The notes beneath the pieces are model-generated. The model was given only the letters and a program-made list of their open reading frames with translations, did no database searches and was not told the DNA's origin. The translations under genes and the position numbers were made by a program. DNA of 64,000 nucleotides from a virus: IMG/VR virus record IMGVR_UViG_3300020595_003017, positions 64,001 to 128,000 of that record. One strand, 5' to 3'. Every line of letters begins with the position of its first letter. The first letter of the stretch is position 1. Positions 29,258-38,664 of this stretch are shown here, piece by piece.

Positions 29258-30363
29258 AATTACTAATGGAACAATGGCGCAAGTTCCTAAAAGAAGGCAT
29301 CAGCGATGTCGTCTATCACTACACTAACGGACTTGAAAGGGGTGCCAAGATTCTAGAGCAGAATAGGTTTATGGCTTCTGGTGGATTTACCAAAGACGTT
29401 GAGTCTGAATTAGGTAAAGGGAAACTTTATTATTTTTCTACCGCAAGAACCCCAGCCAATGCTTACACGGGAAATTATCCACAGGGTGTTATCTTCAAAT
29501 TAGATGGTCGTGCTTTGGGACAGAAATATAAAGGAGTTCCGCTAGACTATTGGGCAACAAAGAAACGCTCTTCCAAGAAAGCAGCCAACCCTGACCCTGG
29601 CGAGACAGAAGGGTTTGAGGCAGAAGACAGGATACTTTTAGATGAACCCTACATTGAGGATGCTGACAGGTACATAGACGAAATCCATTTTGCTATTCCT
29701 TTGTATCGGTTTGAAAAGGGAATGTTTGATGATGAACCAAAAAGAAAAGCCGGCAGCGCCATAGAAGCCTACCAAATGAAAGGACTTAGAGATGGCGTCG
29801 CCATAGCGGAACAAAGAAACATCCCTTATTATATTCATATTGATAAACAAACTTTCCCCTTTGTTGAGGTTGGTAAAAAGAAAGCACTTACTAGCTTGGC
29901 TGCGTTTATGGAAGAAGTAGAAAAGTCTGGTGTCACAGTCAACGAGCCTCGTGACCAAGCATCGGTATATAAGAGTAGAAGCGGAGCAGAGTTTGGCGAA
30001 GATGAAGTGTTTCTGTATGTTCAGGCTGCCCAAGATATCCTAGCCGGTAAAGAGCGATTTGAAGGAGCCAGCGTGAAGGATAAAGTTGGATATAGAGACG
30101 AAGCTGAACGTAAGAGAGAAGGTACCGTAATGTTCCGAAATCTTACGGGCTCCCCTAATATGTATGGTCGCTTTTACAGGGAAATTGATAACAGTCTCCA
30201 TAATGTAAGTTCTAATCCCAAAGCTCGTAAGACTTTGGAGATGCTCGCCTCACTTATGCGGAGCACAAAACAAAAGACCCTAAAAGATTTTGAAAACTAT
30301 TTAAATCAGGTCTATAAACAAAATCATCCGGACGGCGACCCGACAGGTTATCGAAATACATAA
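29254..30363 (+). CDS. Protein with an N-terminal ADP-ribosyltransferase-like fold and a leader peptide
   Basis: MKLLMEQWRKFLKE leader; VYHYT, YFSTAR, VIFKLDG and FEAEDRI motifs. Confidence 0.55.
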   Translation: MKLLMEQWRKFLKEGISDVVYHYTNGLERGAKILEQNRFMASGGFTKDVESELGKGKLYYFSTARTPANAYTGNYPQGVIFKLDGRALGQKYKGVPLDYWATKKRSSKKAANPDPGETEGFEAEDRILLDEPYIEDADRYIDEIHFAIPLYRFEKGMFDDEPKRKAGSAIEAYQMKGLRDGVAIAEQRNIPYYIHIDKQTFPFVEVGKKKALTSLAAFMEEVEKSGVTVNEPRDQASVYKSRSGAEFGEDEVFLYVQAAQDILAGKERFEGASVKDKVGYRDEAERKREGTVMFRNLTGSPNMYGRFYREIDNSLHNVSSNPKARKTLEMLASLMRSTKQKTLKDFENYLNQVYKQNHPDGDPTGYRNT

Positions 30364-31514
30364 TGAAAAAAAAGAAGCAAGATATTATCCTAGAAGACCT
30401 TGGCGATTATAATCCCATAGAGATACTTCGAACTGCCGGAAAGTATTATGTAGACCTGGCAAAAAGTCCTAACCCAAGAGAGCAATTCAGAAAAGATTTA
30501 AAAGACGCTGGGGTTGATGATTATCTACAAGGAGCGTCCGCCATACCTTTTATCGGTATGCCTTTTGGGCTAGCTTCAATCGGTTTAAACCTTGGGGCCG
30601 GGAATACACAACAAGCACTCATACAGGCAATAATAACAGTCAGCGCAACGCTTGGAGTCTCCGCAGCCGGCAAAGGGTTTCAAGCCGCAGCATCAAATCC
30701 TAGAGTTGCTCAGGGAGTTGCGAGAATAATACAAAGTGTGGCAGATAGGATGGGAAGACTGCCAGCCATAGGTCCTAGAATTGTCACTGCTGTTGAAGCG
30801 ATGAGCGGACAGCTTAAAAATCTTATGGGTGAGTTAGCAGAGGTTGTGACAGAAAAAGAAATTGAAAAAGCAGAGAATGAATCAAATAGGATCAAAGGGG
30901 CTTTAGATAAGCTCGCTGCCAGCCAGCCTGCTAAGAAGATTAAGAAGTCTACTGCGGCAAACAGAAAAGATGTTACGGAAATGAGAGAACTACTTAGAAA
31001 AAGGCGGATGCAGGAGAACTCCCAAGTGAAAATTACAAAAGACTACTTGCGAACAATTATCAAAGAGGAAATTGAAAATAAACTCCTCGTAGAGGATTTA
31101 GATCCAATGGCTGTCGCCCAACGTATTTCTTTAGCTATTGCCGGCGCTAAACTTGGTGCTGACCTTCGGAAACCTTTAGCGCAGACTGGTGTTGACATTG
31201 CTGCCATGCATAGCGCAGCGTTTAAGGGAGATGACCCCGTAAAAGAAAGGCTAAAAAAATTAGTAGCTATTAGCTCAGATGAAGAAGTACAAAAAGCTCA
31301 CGATGCCTTATATAAAATGGCAACTGGCGAAGATGAGGCAACTAAAAAATATGCTAAACAGATTAGAAGCAACATGCCAGTCTTTTCAGAGGATGGCTCT
31401 CTTGCCAGTCGGCTGTCAGTGTCAGGAGGAAAGGGAGGAAGAGGGATGAGCCGAGTTAGATCCCCCCAAGACTTAATTAAATGGTACGCATCCACAATGG
31501 GAGATAAAGAATAA
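30363..31514 (+). CDS. Two-module protein: pre-toxin-like hydrophobic hairpin plus an internal IIKEE module
   Basis: LQGASAIPFIGMPFGLASIGLNLGAGNTQQAL; internal in-frame GTG at 31026 with an AGGAG SD. Confidence 0.65.
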   Translation: MKKKKQDIILEDLGDYNPIEILRTAGKYYVDLAKSPNPREQFRKDLKDAGVDDYLQGASAIPFIGMPFGLASIGLNLGAGNTQQALIQAIITVSATLGVSAAGKGFQAAASNPRVAQGVARIIQSVADRMGRLPAIGPRIVTAVEAMSGQLKNLMGELAEVVTEKEIEKAENESNRIKGALDKLAASQPAKKIKKSTAANRKDVTEMRELLRKRRMQENSQVKITKDYLRTIIKEEIENKLLVEDLDPMAVAQRISLAIAGAKLGADLRKPLAQTGVDIAAMHSAAFKGDDPVKERLKKLVAISSDEEVQKAHDALYKMATGEDEATKKYAKQIRSNMPVFSEDGSLASRLSVSGGKGGRGMSRVRSPQDLIKWYASTMGDKE

Positions 31515-31567
31515 AATGAAAATTACAAAATCCTTACTGAGAACAATTATCAAAGAAGAAATTGAAG
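31027..31567 (+). repeat. Dispersed near-identical ~50-bp leader-coding repeat (31027-31077 and 31517-31567)
   Basis: tgaaaattacaaaa...gaacaattatcaaaga(g/a)gaaattgaa is present twice. The aattatcaaagaagaa core also occurs at 14-29. Confidence 0.8.
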
Positions 31568-31809
31568 AGGCTTTTCGCCTAGAAAGCGATTTCAGCGTCG
31601 GCGATGTTGTAAAGTGGTCCACCCTAGAAAAAGTAATGAAAACAACTGCCAGCGGCAGACAAAAAGTTGACTACGATAGGGTACCTAGATCAGGTGAGAT
31701 TGTAGAGCTTTATCGCAGTCCCAGAGGGGGCACACCAGGGTCTGCCAAAATACTTGACACTGATGGCGATTCGCACGAAGTAGAAATTTCAGAACTGACA
31801 TTCGCTTAA
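31516..31809 (+). CDS. IIKEE leader plus SH3/KOW-like domain protein
   Basis: MKITKSLLRTIIKEEIEEA, then FSVGDVVKW...GEIVE. Confidence 0.7.
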   Translation: MKITKSLLRTIIKEEIEEAFRLESDFSVGDVVKWSTLEKVMKTTASGRQKVDYDRVPRSGEIVELYRSPRGGTPGSAKILDTDGDSHEVEISELTFA

Positions 31810-31846
31810 GTTGCATATCGAGCCTATTTACTATAGGTCATAAGAT

Positions 31847-33040
31847 ATGAGTGTATTTAGAGAACATAAAACTATAGCAGATCGAGCGGCTAGTGATAGA
31901 AGCCGCCATCGTCAAAAAATAGAAAAAGCCATCAAAGAAAGCGTCAGAGATGTCGTTGCCGAAGAAAGTATAATTGGCCAAAACGGTAATAAGAAAATAA
32001 GAATCCCTGTCAAGGGAATCAAAGAACATCACTTTGTCTTTGGAACAAACGAAAAGAATAAACGAGTCGGCTCAGCGCCTGGCAAAGATTTATCCAAAGG
32101 ACAACAGGTTGGGCACAGAAAACGCCAACAGCAAAATGGACCTGGAAACAAACCAGGGAATGAGCCTGGCGAAGAAATGTACGAAATAGAAATGTCCCTA
32201 GAGGAATTGGCTGGTTATCTTTTTAATGATCTTGAGTTACCAGAATTAGAAAAGAAAAACTTTAAGTTTACAACTCAAGAGAAAATGAAAAGAAAAGGCA
32301 AAAGATCTTATGGTATTAGACCACGGCTATCAAAAAAAGAAACTATAAAACAAAAGATTCGAAGAAAGAAAGCAGCCATAAAGGCTGGTTCATATGATCC
32401 TGAAAGCGGGGAAAGATTTACTTTCCACGAGAGTGATTTGCGCTACAAACATATAGCCCCAGTCAAAAAAGAAAATACCGCTGCGGTTGTGTTTTTTGTA
32501 ATGGATGTTTCGGGTTCAATGACAACTAACAAAAAATATTTAGCTAGAAGTTTCTTCTTTCTTTTATACCAATTCTTAAACCATAAATATTCGTCTATTG
32601 ATGTGGTGTTTGTTTCTCATACTGCTGATGCTCATGAGGTTAATGAGGAACAGTTTTTTACTCAAGTTCCTAATGGTGGAACTCTTGTGTCTACGGGATT
32701 AATAAAAGTTGAAGAAATTATTGATAAACGTTATCACCCGAACAACTGGAACATATACACTTTCTATTGTGGCGATGGGGATAACTGGGCTATCGATAAT
32801 AAAGAAACACTTTCTGCTTTCCGGCGTTTAAAAGAAATAAACCAAGTGATGTGTTATACTGAGATAGGTGCATTGAGCAAATATGAGTATGCTTTGTTTG
32901 GTAACTCAAGTGGCGAAAAGAAACTATGGGACTGGACTAAGCTTATAGAGGACAAGAATTTTAAGAGAATAAGATTATCAGAAAACAAAGATATATGGCC
33001 GGCTTTTAAAAAGCTATTTGGAGGTAGACAAGATGGCTGA
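31847..33040 (+). CDS. yeaH: YeaH/YhbH (DUF444) vWA-domain sporulation/stress protein
   Basis: DRSRHRQKI, DLRY, FFVMDVSGSM, LARSFFF, GGTLVS, YHPNNWNIY and GDGDN motifs. Confidence 0.92.
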   Translation: MSVFREHKTIADRAASDRSRHRQKIEKAIKESVRDVVAEESIIGQNGNKKIRIPVKGIKEHHFVFGTNEKNKRVGSAPGKDLSKGQQVGHRKRQQQNGPGNKPGNEPGEEMYEIEMSLEELAGYLFNDLELPELEKKNFKFTTQEKMKRKGKRSYGIRPRLSKKETIKQKIRRKKAAIKAGSYDPESGERFTFHESDLRYKHIAPVKKENTAAVVFFVMDVSGSMTTNKKYLARSFFFLLYQFLNHKYSSIDVVFVSHTADAHEVNEEQFFTQVPNGGTLVSTGLIKVEEIIDKRYHPNNWNIYTFYCGDGDNWAIDNKETLSAFRRLKEINQVMCYTEIGALSKYEYALFGNSSGEKKLWDWTKLIEDKNFKRIRLSENKDIWPAFKKLFGGRQDG

Positions 33041-34349
33041 TTGGTCGATGAGTGAACTCCAAGAATGGGATAAAAAGATCTGTACCTTAGGCGAGGGTTT
33101 AGGGCTAGATTGGTACCCGATCGAATATGAGATATGTGACTATAAAGAGATGATGGGGCATATGGCATATACTGGTATACCAACTCATTATAGGCACTGG
33201 TCCTACGGCAAATCTTTTGACCGTATCCAAACAGAGTATAACCTCGGTATGTCTGGATTACCATACGAAATGATTATAAACTCAAACCCCAGCATATCCT
33301 ATTTGATGACAGAAAACCCTATGCCAACGCATATACTTACAATGGCTCATTGTGTTGGACATAGCGACTTCTTTAAAAACAATAGAATGTTTTCTGAAAC
33401 GAGAGCAGACAATGCTATTGATAGGTTTAAATCTGCTAGCAAAAGAGTTAAAAAATATGTAGAAGATCCTCACATTGGAATAGATAATGTTGAAAAGATA
33501 CTGGATGCTTGTCATGCTATTAAATACCAAGTACCCAGAACGCCAGGTGTAAAAAGAAGAAACCATAAAGAGCTTAAAAAATATTATGAGAAACTTGTTA
33601 TGAACGATAAGTCCGGACGATGGGATCACTTTGATCTTAGCAAGATACCGCTAGAGCCTGACAATAATTTGTTGAAATTTATAGCTGATAAAAATCCAAT
33701 GTTAAGACCCTGGGAAAGAGACCTGATAAGAATTGTCGAACAAGAGTCTTTATATTTCATTCCCCAAGCTTGCACAAAAATCATGAATGAGGGCTGGGCG
33801 TGCATGATTCACGAAAAGATCGTAAATGCTCTAGGTATTCCCGACGAATATTTTCTTTCCTTTATCCGTCTGCATAATCAAGTAGTTAGACCACATATGG
33901 GAAGAATAAACCCATATCACCTCGGTTTCAGAATGTTTAAATATATTGAGGAAAATCAAGGGTTTGAGGAGTGTCTTAGGGTAAGAGAGACTCACAGTGA
34001 CGAAACTTTCATTAAAACATACCTTGATGAATACCTTTGTAAAGAGTTGAATTTATTCAGTTATTCTTTCAATAGGAAAGACGGCTATAATAAAATTACT
34101 GAAGTTTCCGGAGAAGCTACATGGCGAACAGTTCGTGATGACCTAATTACTAATGTAGGACTTAACAGTGTTCCCGTAGTTGTTGTTAAAGAACTTGATA
34201 AAGACGGCACGCTAATCCTGGAACATGAACATGATGGAAGGGACTTAGAGTTGTCTGAAGCCAATAAAGTTTTTGAATACATTAACGAACTATGGAATGG
34301 TGGTGTAAAATTTACCACCGTTATAGAAGAAGAGTCTTGGGAGTTTTAA
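33033..34349 (+). CDS. spoVR: SpoVR family protein
   Basis: YRHWSYGK, LPYEMIINS, AHCVGHSDFFKNN, TKIMNEGWA and NPYHLG motifs. Confidence 0.95.
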   Translation: MADWSMSELQEWDKKICTLGEGLGLDWYPIEYEICDYKEMMGHMAYTGIPTHYRHWSYGKSFDRIQTEYNLGMSGLPYEMIINSNPSISYLMTENPMPTHILTMAHCVGHSDFFKNNRMFSETRADNAIDRFKSASKRVKKYVEDPHIGIDNVEKILDACHAIKYQVPRTPGVKRRNHKELKKYYEKLVMNDKSGRWDHFDLSKIPLEPDNNLLKFIADKNPMLRPWERDLIRIVEQESLYFIPQACTKIMNEGWACMIHEKIVNALGIPDEYFLSFIRLHNQVVRPHMGRINPYHLGFRMFKYIEENQGFEECLRVRETHSDETFIKTYLDEYLCKELNLFSYSFNRKDGYNKITEVSGEATWRTVRDDLITNVGLNSVPVVVVKELDKDGTLILEHEHDGRDLELSEANKVFEYINELWNGGVKFTTVIEEESWEF

Positions 34350-34350
34350 A

Positions 34351-36294
34351 ATGTCTAATAGTAAAAAATCTGATAAATTTCTCAAGTTAGTTGGTAAACA
34401 CCAAGAACAAAAGAAAAAAGAAAAGTTTCACGGTACGCTATCCGATTACCTAAAAATTATTGAAAAAAATTCTGACGCAACCAAGCTGGCTCACAAAAGA
34501 TTATATGACGCCATGGCAGCCCATGGTGTTACGAAGATGAAAACATCTGATGAGCGTTGCAATAAGATATTTAATAGCGAAGAATTGAGAACCTACGATT
34601 ATTTTCAAAGTAAGTTCTTCGGCATGGAGAGATCTATTGCAAAGGTTATGAGATTCTTAAGATCAGCATCTCTGAAGGGCGAAGAGAGCCGTCAGGTCTT
34701 GTTGCTTTTGGGACCTGTAGGCGCTGGCAAGTCGGCCCTCATGGAACACATCAAAGGAGCCCTAGAAGAGACGGAACCCATGTATCATATTGAGGGTTGT
34801 CCAATACACGAGGAACCTCTTCATTTGATACCCCGTTCTTTGAGAGAAGAATTTCAAAAAATTTATGGCATAAGAATAGAGGGAGACCTTTGTCCTGTTT
34901 GTCGTTATAAACTAAAAGAAGAGTATGGCAATGATTATACTGCGATGCCAATAACTGAGTCTTCATTTTCGGTTCGTGGTAGGCGTGGTGTTGGAGTGGT
35001 ACCACCCATGGATGCCAACAGCCAGGATGTTACTATTCTGATAGGCAGTGAAGACATTTCAAAGCTTGATATGTACGCCGAAGACGACCCTAGAGTGTTG
35101 TCGTTAAATGGTGCCTTTAATGTTGGTAATCGAGGCATAGTAGAGTTTGTTGAGGTGTTCAAGAACGAGATAGAATTCTTACACACGATGATCACAGCTA
35201 CTCAAGAGAAAGCCGTTCCCTCTCCCGGTAAGGGTCCGATGATTTATTTTGATGGTGTTATTTTAGCTCACTGTAATGAGGCAGAATGGAACAAGTTTAA
35301 ATCAGAGAACACCAACGAGGCCATCTTAGACCGTATTGTTCGAGTCAATGTCCCCTATTCTTTAGAGGTTTCCCAAGAGGTAAAGATCTATGAGAAGCTT
35401 TTAGGCTTGTCTGACTTTAATGGGCATGTGGCTCCTCACACCCTAGAGGTTGCGTCCATGTTTGCTGTGTTGAGTCGATTGCATCCGTCTAATAAAGTAG
35501 ACGCCCTTACAAAAATGAAACTGTATGATGGGCAAGATGTCATTGAAAGGGGCACTGTTAAAAAGATTGATATCAACGATCTAAGGGACGAAGCTCGTGA
35601 TGAAGGTATGACTGGCATCTCTACCAGATTTATTATGAAGGCAGTTGACGCTGCCCTGTCTGACAGCGAAAAGAACATGGTAACTCCAATATCAATTCGG
35701 GATGCTCTTATAAAACAAGTAAAAGATCAGATTGTTGTTGAAGATGACAGAAACAGGTATCTAGACTTTCTAGGTAAAACGCTTCATGATGAATATCTTA
35801 ATATTTTAGAGAAAGAGATTACCAAAGCCTTTGTTTCGGCTTATGACGAACAAGCAGAAGCTTTATTTAATAATTACTTAGACCATGCCGAGGCTTATGT
35901 TAACATGGCAACCGTTAAAGATTCTGTTACCAACGAAGAAATAGCCCCAGATGAGAATTTTATGGAATCCATTGAACAACAGATCGGTATAACCGGAACT
36001 TCGAAGGAAAATTTCAGAGTTGATATAACTGCTTTTATGTTCTCCAAACTTAGGAGAGGTGAGAAAGTAGATTGGCAGTCTTATGCGCCCCTCAAGGAGG
36101 CTATTGAGACCAAGTTAACATCGTCTGTTAAGCAAATCTCTAGGATCATCACCAAATCTAAAAGTCGTGACAAGAAGCAACAAGGGAAGTACAACGAGAT
36201 GGTGCAAACTTTGATCGATGAATACGGATACAATGAGGAATCAGCCGAGGAAGTTATTAAATTTGCTGCTAATAACCTATGGAGAGATAGTTAG
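34351..36294 (+). CDS. prkA: PrkA/YeaG AAA+ Ser protein kinase family
   Basis: LLLGPVGAGKS, EGDLCPVC, GNRGIVEFVEVFK, AHCNEAEW and EAILDR motifs; 647 aa. Confidence 0.95.
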   Translation: MSNSKKSDKFLKLVGKHQEQKKKEKFHGTLSDYLKIIEKNSDATKLAHKRLYDAMAAHGVTKMKTSDERCNKIFNSEELRTYDYFQSKFFGMERSIAKVMRFLRSASLKGEESRQVLLLLGPVGAGKSALMEHIKGALEETEPMYHIEGCPIHEEPLHLIPRSLREEFQKIYGIRIEGDLCPVCRYKLKEEYGNDYTAMPITESSFSVRGRRGVGVVPPMDANSQDVTILIGSEDISKLDMYAEDDPRVLSLNGAFNVGNRGIVEFVEVFKNEIEFLHTMITATQEKAVPSPGKGPMIYFDGVILAHCNEAEWNKFKSENTNEAILDRIVRVNVPYSLEVSQEVKIYEKLLGLSDFNGHVAPHTLEVASMFAVLSRLHPSNKVDALTKMKLYDGQDVIERGTVKKIDINDLRDEARDEGMTGISTRFIMKAVDAALSDSEKNMVTPISIRDALIKQVKDQIVVEDDRNRYLDFLGKTLHDEYLNILEKEITKAFVSAYDEQAEALFNNYLDHAEAYVNMATVKDSVTNEEIAPDENFMESIEQQIGITGTSKENFRVDITAFMFSKLRRGEKVDWQSYAPLKEAIETKLTSSVKQISRIITKSKSRDKKQQGKYNEMVQTLIDEYGYNEESAEEVIKFAANNLWRDS

Positions 36295-36305
36295 TAGGTT
36301 AGTGA

Positions 36306-37283
36306 ATGTCTCAACAGATTGAAAAATTAAAAAAACTACAGCTTTTGGTTGGAAACACGCCAACTGTTAAGCTCACATGTAAGTTTGAAGATAAAATACG
36401 CACTATATTAGCAAAATATGAGACTTTTAACTTCACTGGAAGCATAAAAGACCGCATGGCCATGCAAATCCTTAAATCAGCGTATGATCTTAACACTATA
36501 GACGCTAATGATACAATAGTTGAGGCTTCAAGTGGCAACACAGCAATAGCTTTCGCTGCCATGGGGGCTTTCTTAGGTCATAAAGTAGAAATATATATGC
36601 CAGATTGGCTCTCAGAGGAAAGAAAGAGGGTTTTAAGGTTTTATGGGGCTAAATTACACGAAATAAGTGTTAAAGACGGCGGATTTCTAAAGTGTATTGA
36701 GTTAGCAGAGCAAAAAAGTCAAAAAAACGGTTATTTTGGACCAAAACAGTTTAATAATACTTGGAATATCCTGGCACACGTTAATTCTACTGCTCCTGAG
36801 CTTGAAAATGCACTTAAGATTAACAATTTAGGTGATTTAGACGTTTTTATTACTGGTATGGGTACCGGAGGCACTGTTATGGGCTTTTATCACTACTTTT
36901 CGCAAAAAAAGAACGACTTTAAGGTTTACCCTATCCTTCCAAGTAAAAATGAAGATGGCGGACACCGAATTGAAGGCATTGGGGACAGCTTTATACCAAA
37001 TATTGTGGATTTACAAGCACTTAGCCCTGTTTTACGAGTAAAAGACTCGGATGCGATAAATATTGCTAGACAAATCAATAAGTTAGGCTTATCTGTTGGT
37101 ATTTCGTCCGGAGCAAACGTTTTTGGAGCTATTTTGAAGGCTGCTGAACTTAAAGAAACATCAAATGTAGCCACTATACTTTGCGATGGAAATAAAAAGT
37201 ATCTTTCAACAGATTTATGCAAAGATCAAAAAGAAGAACTATCTAAAGATATTGAAATATTAGATTTTGAAATAATTTCTTGA
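36306..37283 (+). CDS. cysK: Cysteine synthase (OAS sulfhydrylase family, PLP)
   Basis: GNTP, ETFNFTGSIKDR (PLP Lys), EASSGNT, GMGTGGT, IEGIG and GISSGAN. Confidence 0.9.
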   Translation: MSQQIEKLKKLQLLVGNTPTVKLTCKFEDKIRTILAKYETFNFTGSIKDRMAMQILKSAYDLNTIDANDTIVEASSGNTAIAFAAMGAFLGHKVEIYMPDWLSEERKRVLRFYGAKLHEISVKDGGFLKCIELAEQKSQKNGYFGPKQFNNTWNILAHVNSTAPELENALKINNLGDLDVFITGMGTGGTVMGFYHYFSQKKNDFKVYPILPSKNEDGGHRIEGIGDSFIPNIVDLQALSPVLRVKDSDAINIARQINKLGLSVGISSGANVFGAILKAAELKETSNVATILCDGNKKYLSTDLCKDQKEELSKDIEILDFEIIS

Positions 37284-37307
37284 AATAATCTGAATTTATG
37301 GTATCTT
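37280..37307 (+). promoter_or_regulatory. Sigma70-like promoter
   Basis: TTGAAA-N16-TATCTT with TG. Confidence 0.45.
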
Positions 37308-37312
37308 AAACT

Positions 37313-37672
37313 ATGAGCGACTCTAAAGAAATATTAGAAAGAATAGCGGATGCTTTTGAGACAGTGAATTCAGCTTCGGACGATAAATACCCCAAAGAGG
37401 CTGTAAAAGTCGGGACAATTGTTCGGGCTAATAGATTAGATTCGCTGGGCGTTGTGACAGATGCGTTCTATGGTGAACTAGATAAAGATAATCAAAAGAT
37501 AATAATATACACTGTTCTTTTGTTCCCTAAAAGAAATCCTCTTAACCAAAGAAGAGAAGAGCAGTATTATATAAGTAATGAATACGAATATGAGGTAACA
37601 GCTTACCTCATGATTAATCCAATTAATATAAGCGAGTTAAGAAAGAACTTGGGAGGTGGACTTTTAATATGA
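37313..37672 (+). CDS. SH3/KOW-like protein
   Basis: VKVGTIVRA...LGVVT...YTVLL. Confidence 0.6.
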   Translation: MSDSKEILERIADAFETVNSASDDKYPKEAVKVGTIVRANRLDSLGVVTDAFYGELDKDNQKIIIYTVLLFPKRNPLNQRREEQYYISNEYEYEVTAYLMINPINISELRKNLGGGLLI

Positions 37673-38442
37673 AAAACAAAATTATGCCTGCGGCTCTACT
37701 GTTTGATATGGATGGAACCCTAACTGATGCTAGGGAACCAATATCACAAGATGTCCTTGAGGCCTTGAAGTCTGTTCCTAATTCCATCAAGAAATATTTA
37801 GTTACTGGTTCTGACATGGTAAAAATTGAAGAGCAAATTTCTAATGATAATTTATTACAACTTTTTGAGCGAGTATTTTCTTGTAATGGCACAAGGGTTT
37901 GGAATTGCAACCTTGATATGGATGACGAGACAAAACCAATTGAACCAGAATTAATTCACACAACCTCATTAATGGATTTTTATTCTGAGGCTGATATTAA
38001 TCATATTGTTAATATCCTTCTAAAGACAGCTTACGAGACCCACACTAAAATTAAAACAGGGACGTTTATTGAATGGCGTGACAGTCAGATTAACTTTTCG
38101 GTAGTGGGGAGAAACTGCACAAGCACTCAGAGAGAGGACTATGTTAAGTGGGATTATAAAAGCGGAGAAAGACAAAAAATAGTGGACCAACTACGAAAGG
38201 ATTTCAAAGGTTGGGGGCTATCTTTTCGATTAGGAGGACAGATCTCTATTGATATTACTCGTGAAGGTTGGGATAAAACTTATGCTTTAAAAAATATCAA
38301 AGAAACTCCAGATCAGTGTGTATTTTTTGGAGATAAGATTTGCAAAGACGGAAATGACCTTGACATTGCTATGAAATGTGGTAAATATCATATGGTTGAT
38401 GGACCAGCGGATTTAATTCTTCAACTACAGGAGTACCTATGA
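37669..38442 (+). CDS. Eukaryote-type phosphomannomutase (HAD IIB)
   Basis: FDMDGTL, VTGSD, FIEWRDSQINFSVVGRN, GGQISID, GWDKTYAL and FFGDK...GND. Confidence 0.88.
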   Translation: MKNKIMPAALLFDMDGTLTDAREPISQDVLEALKSVPNSIKKYLVTGSDMVKIEEQISNDNLLQLFERVFSCNGTRVWNCNLDMDDETKPIEPELIHTTSLMDFYSEADINHIVNILLKTAYETHTKIKTGTFIEWRDSQINFSVVGRNCTSTQREDYVKWDYKSGERQKIVDQLRKDFKGWGLSFRLGGQISIDITREGWDKTYALKNIKETPDQCVFFGDKICKDGNDLDIAMKCGKYHMVDGPADLILQLQEYL

Positions 38443-38445
38443 TCG

Positions 38446-38664
38446 ATGCCAATACTTACGCTACTGGTTGGTATTCTATTAGCCCTGCTTTTGCCTGGTG
38501 GAACTTTGATGCTCATCGTGTGGCTGAGATCAAAGCACGCAGAGAAGCAGAGAGAATTATTAAAGAAGATAAACGACAAAAGAAAATCAACTCTGCAAAA
38601 ATTGCAGAAGGATCAATTTCTGTATATGCGTAGTAAAAAGACAAATAAAAAACTTGACAAGTAA
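38446..38664 (+). CDS. Small membrane protein with a basic tail
   Basis: ILLALLLPGGTLMLIVWL followed by a Lys-rich tail. Confidence 0.55.
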   Translation: MPILTLLVGILLALLLPGGTLMLIVWLRSKHAEKQRELLKKINDKRKSTLQKLQKDQFLYMRSKKTNKKLDK

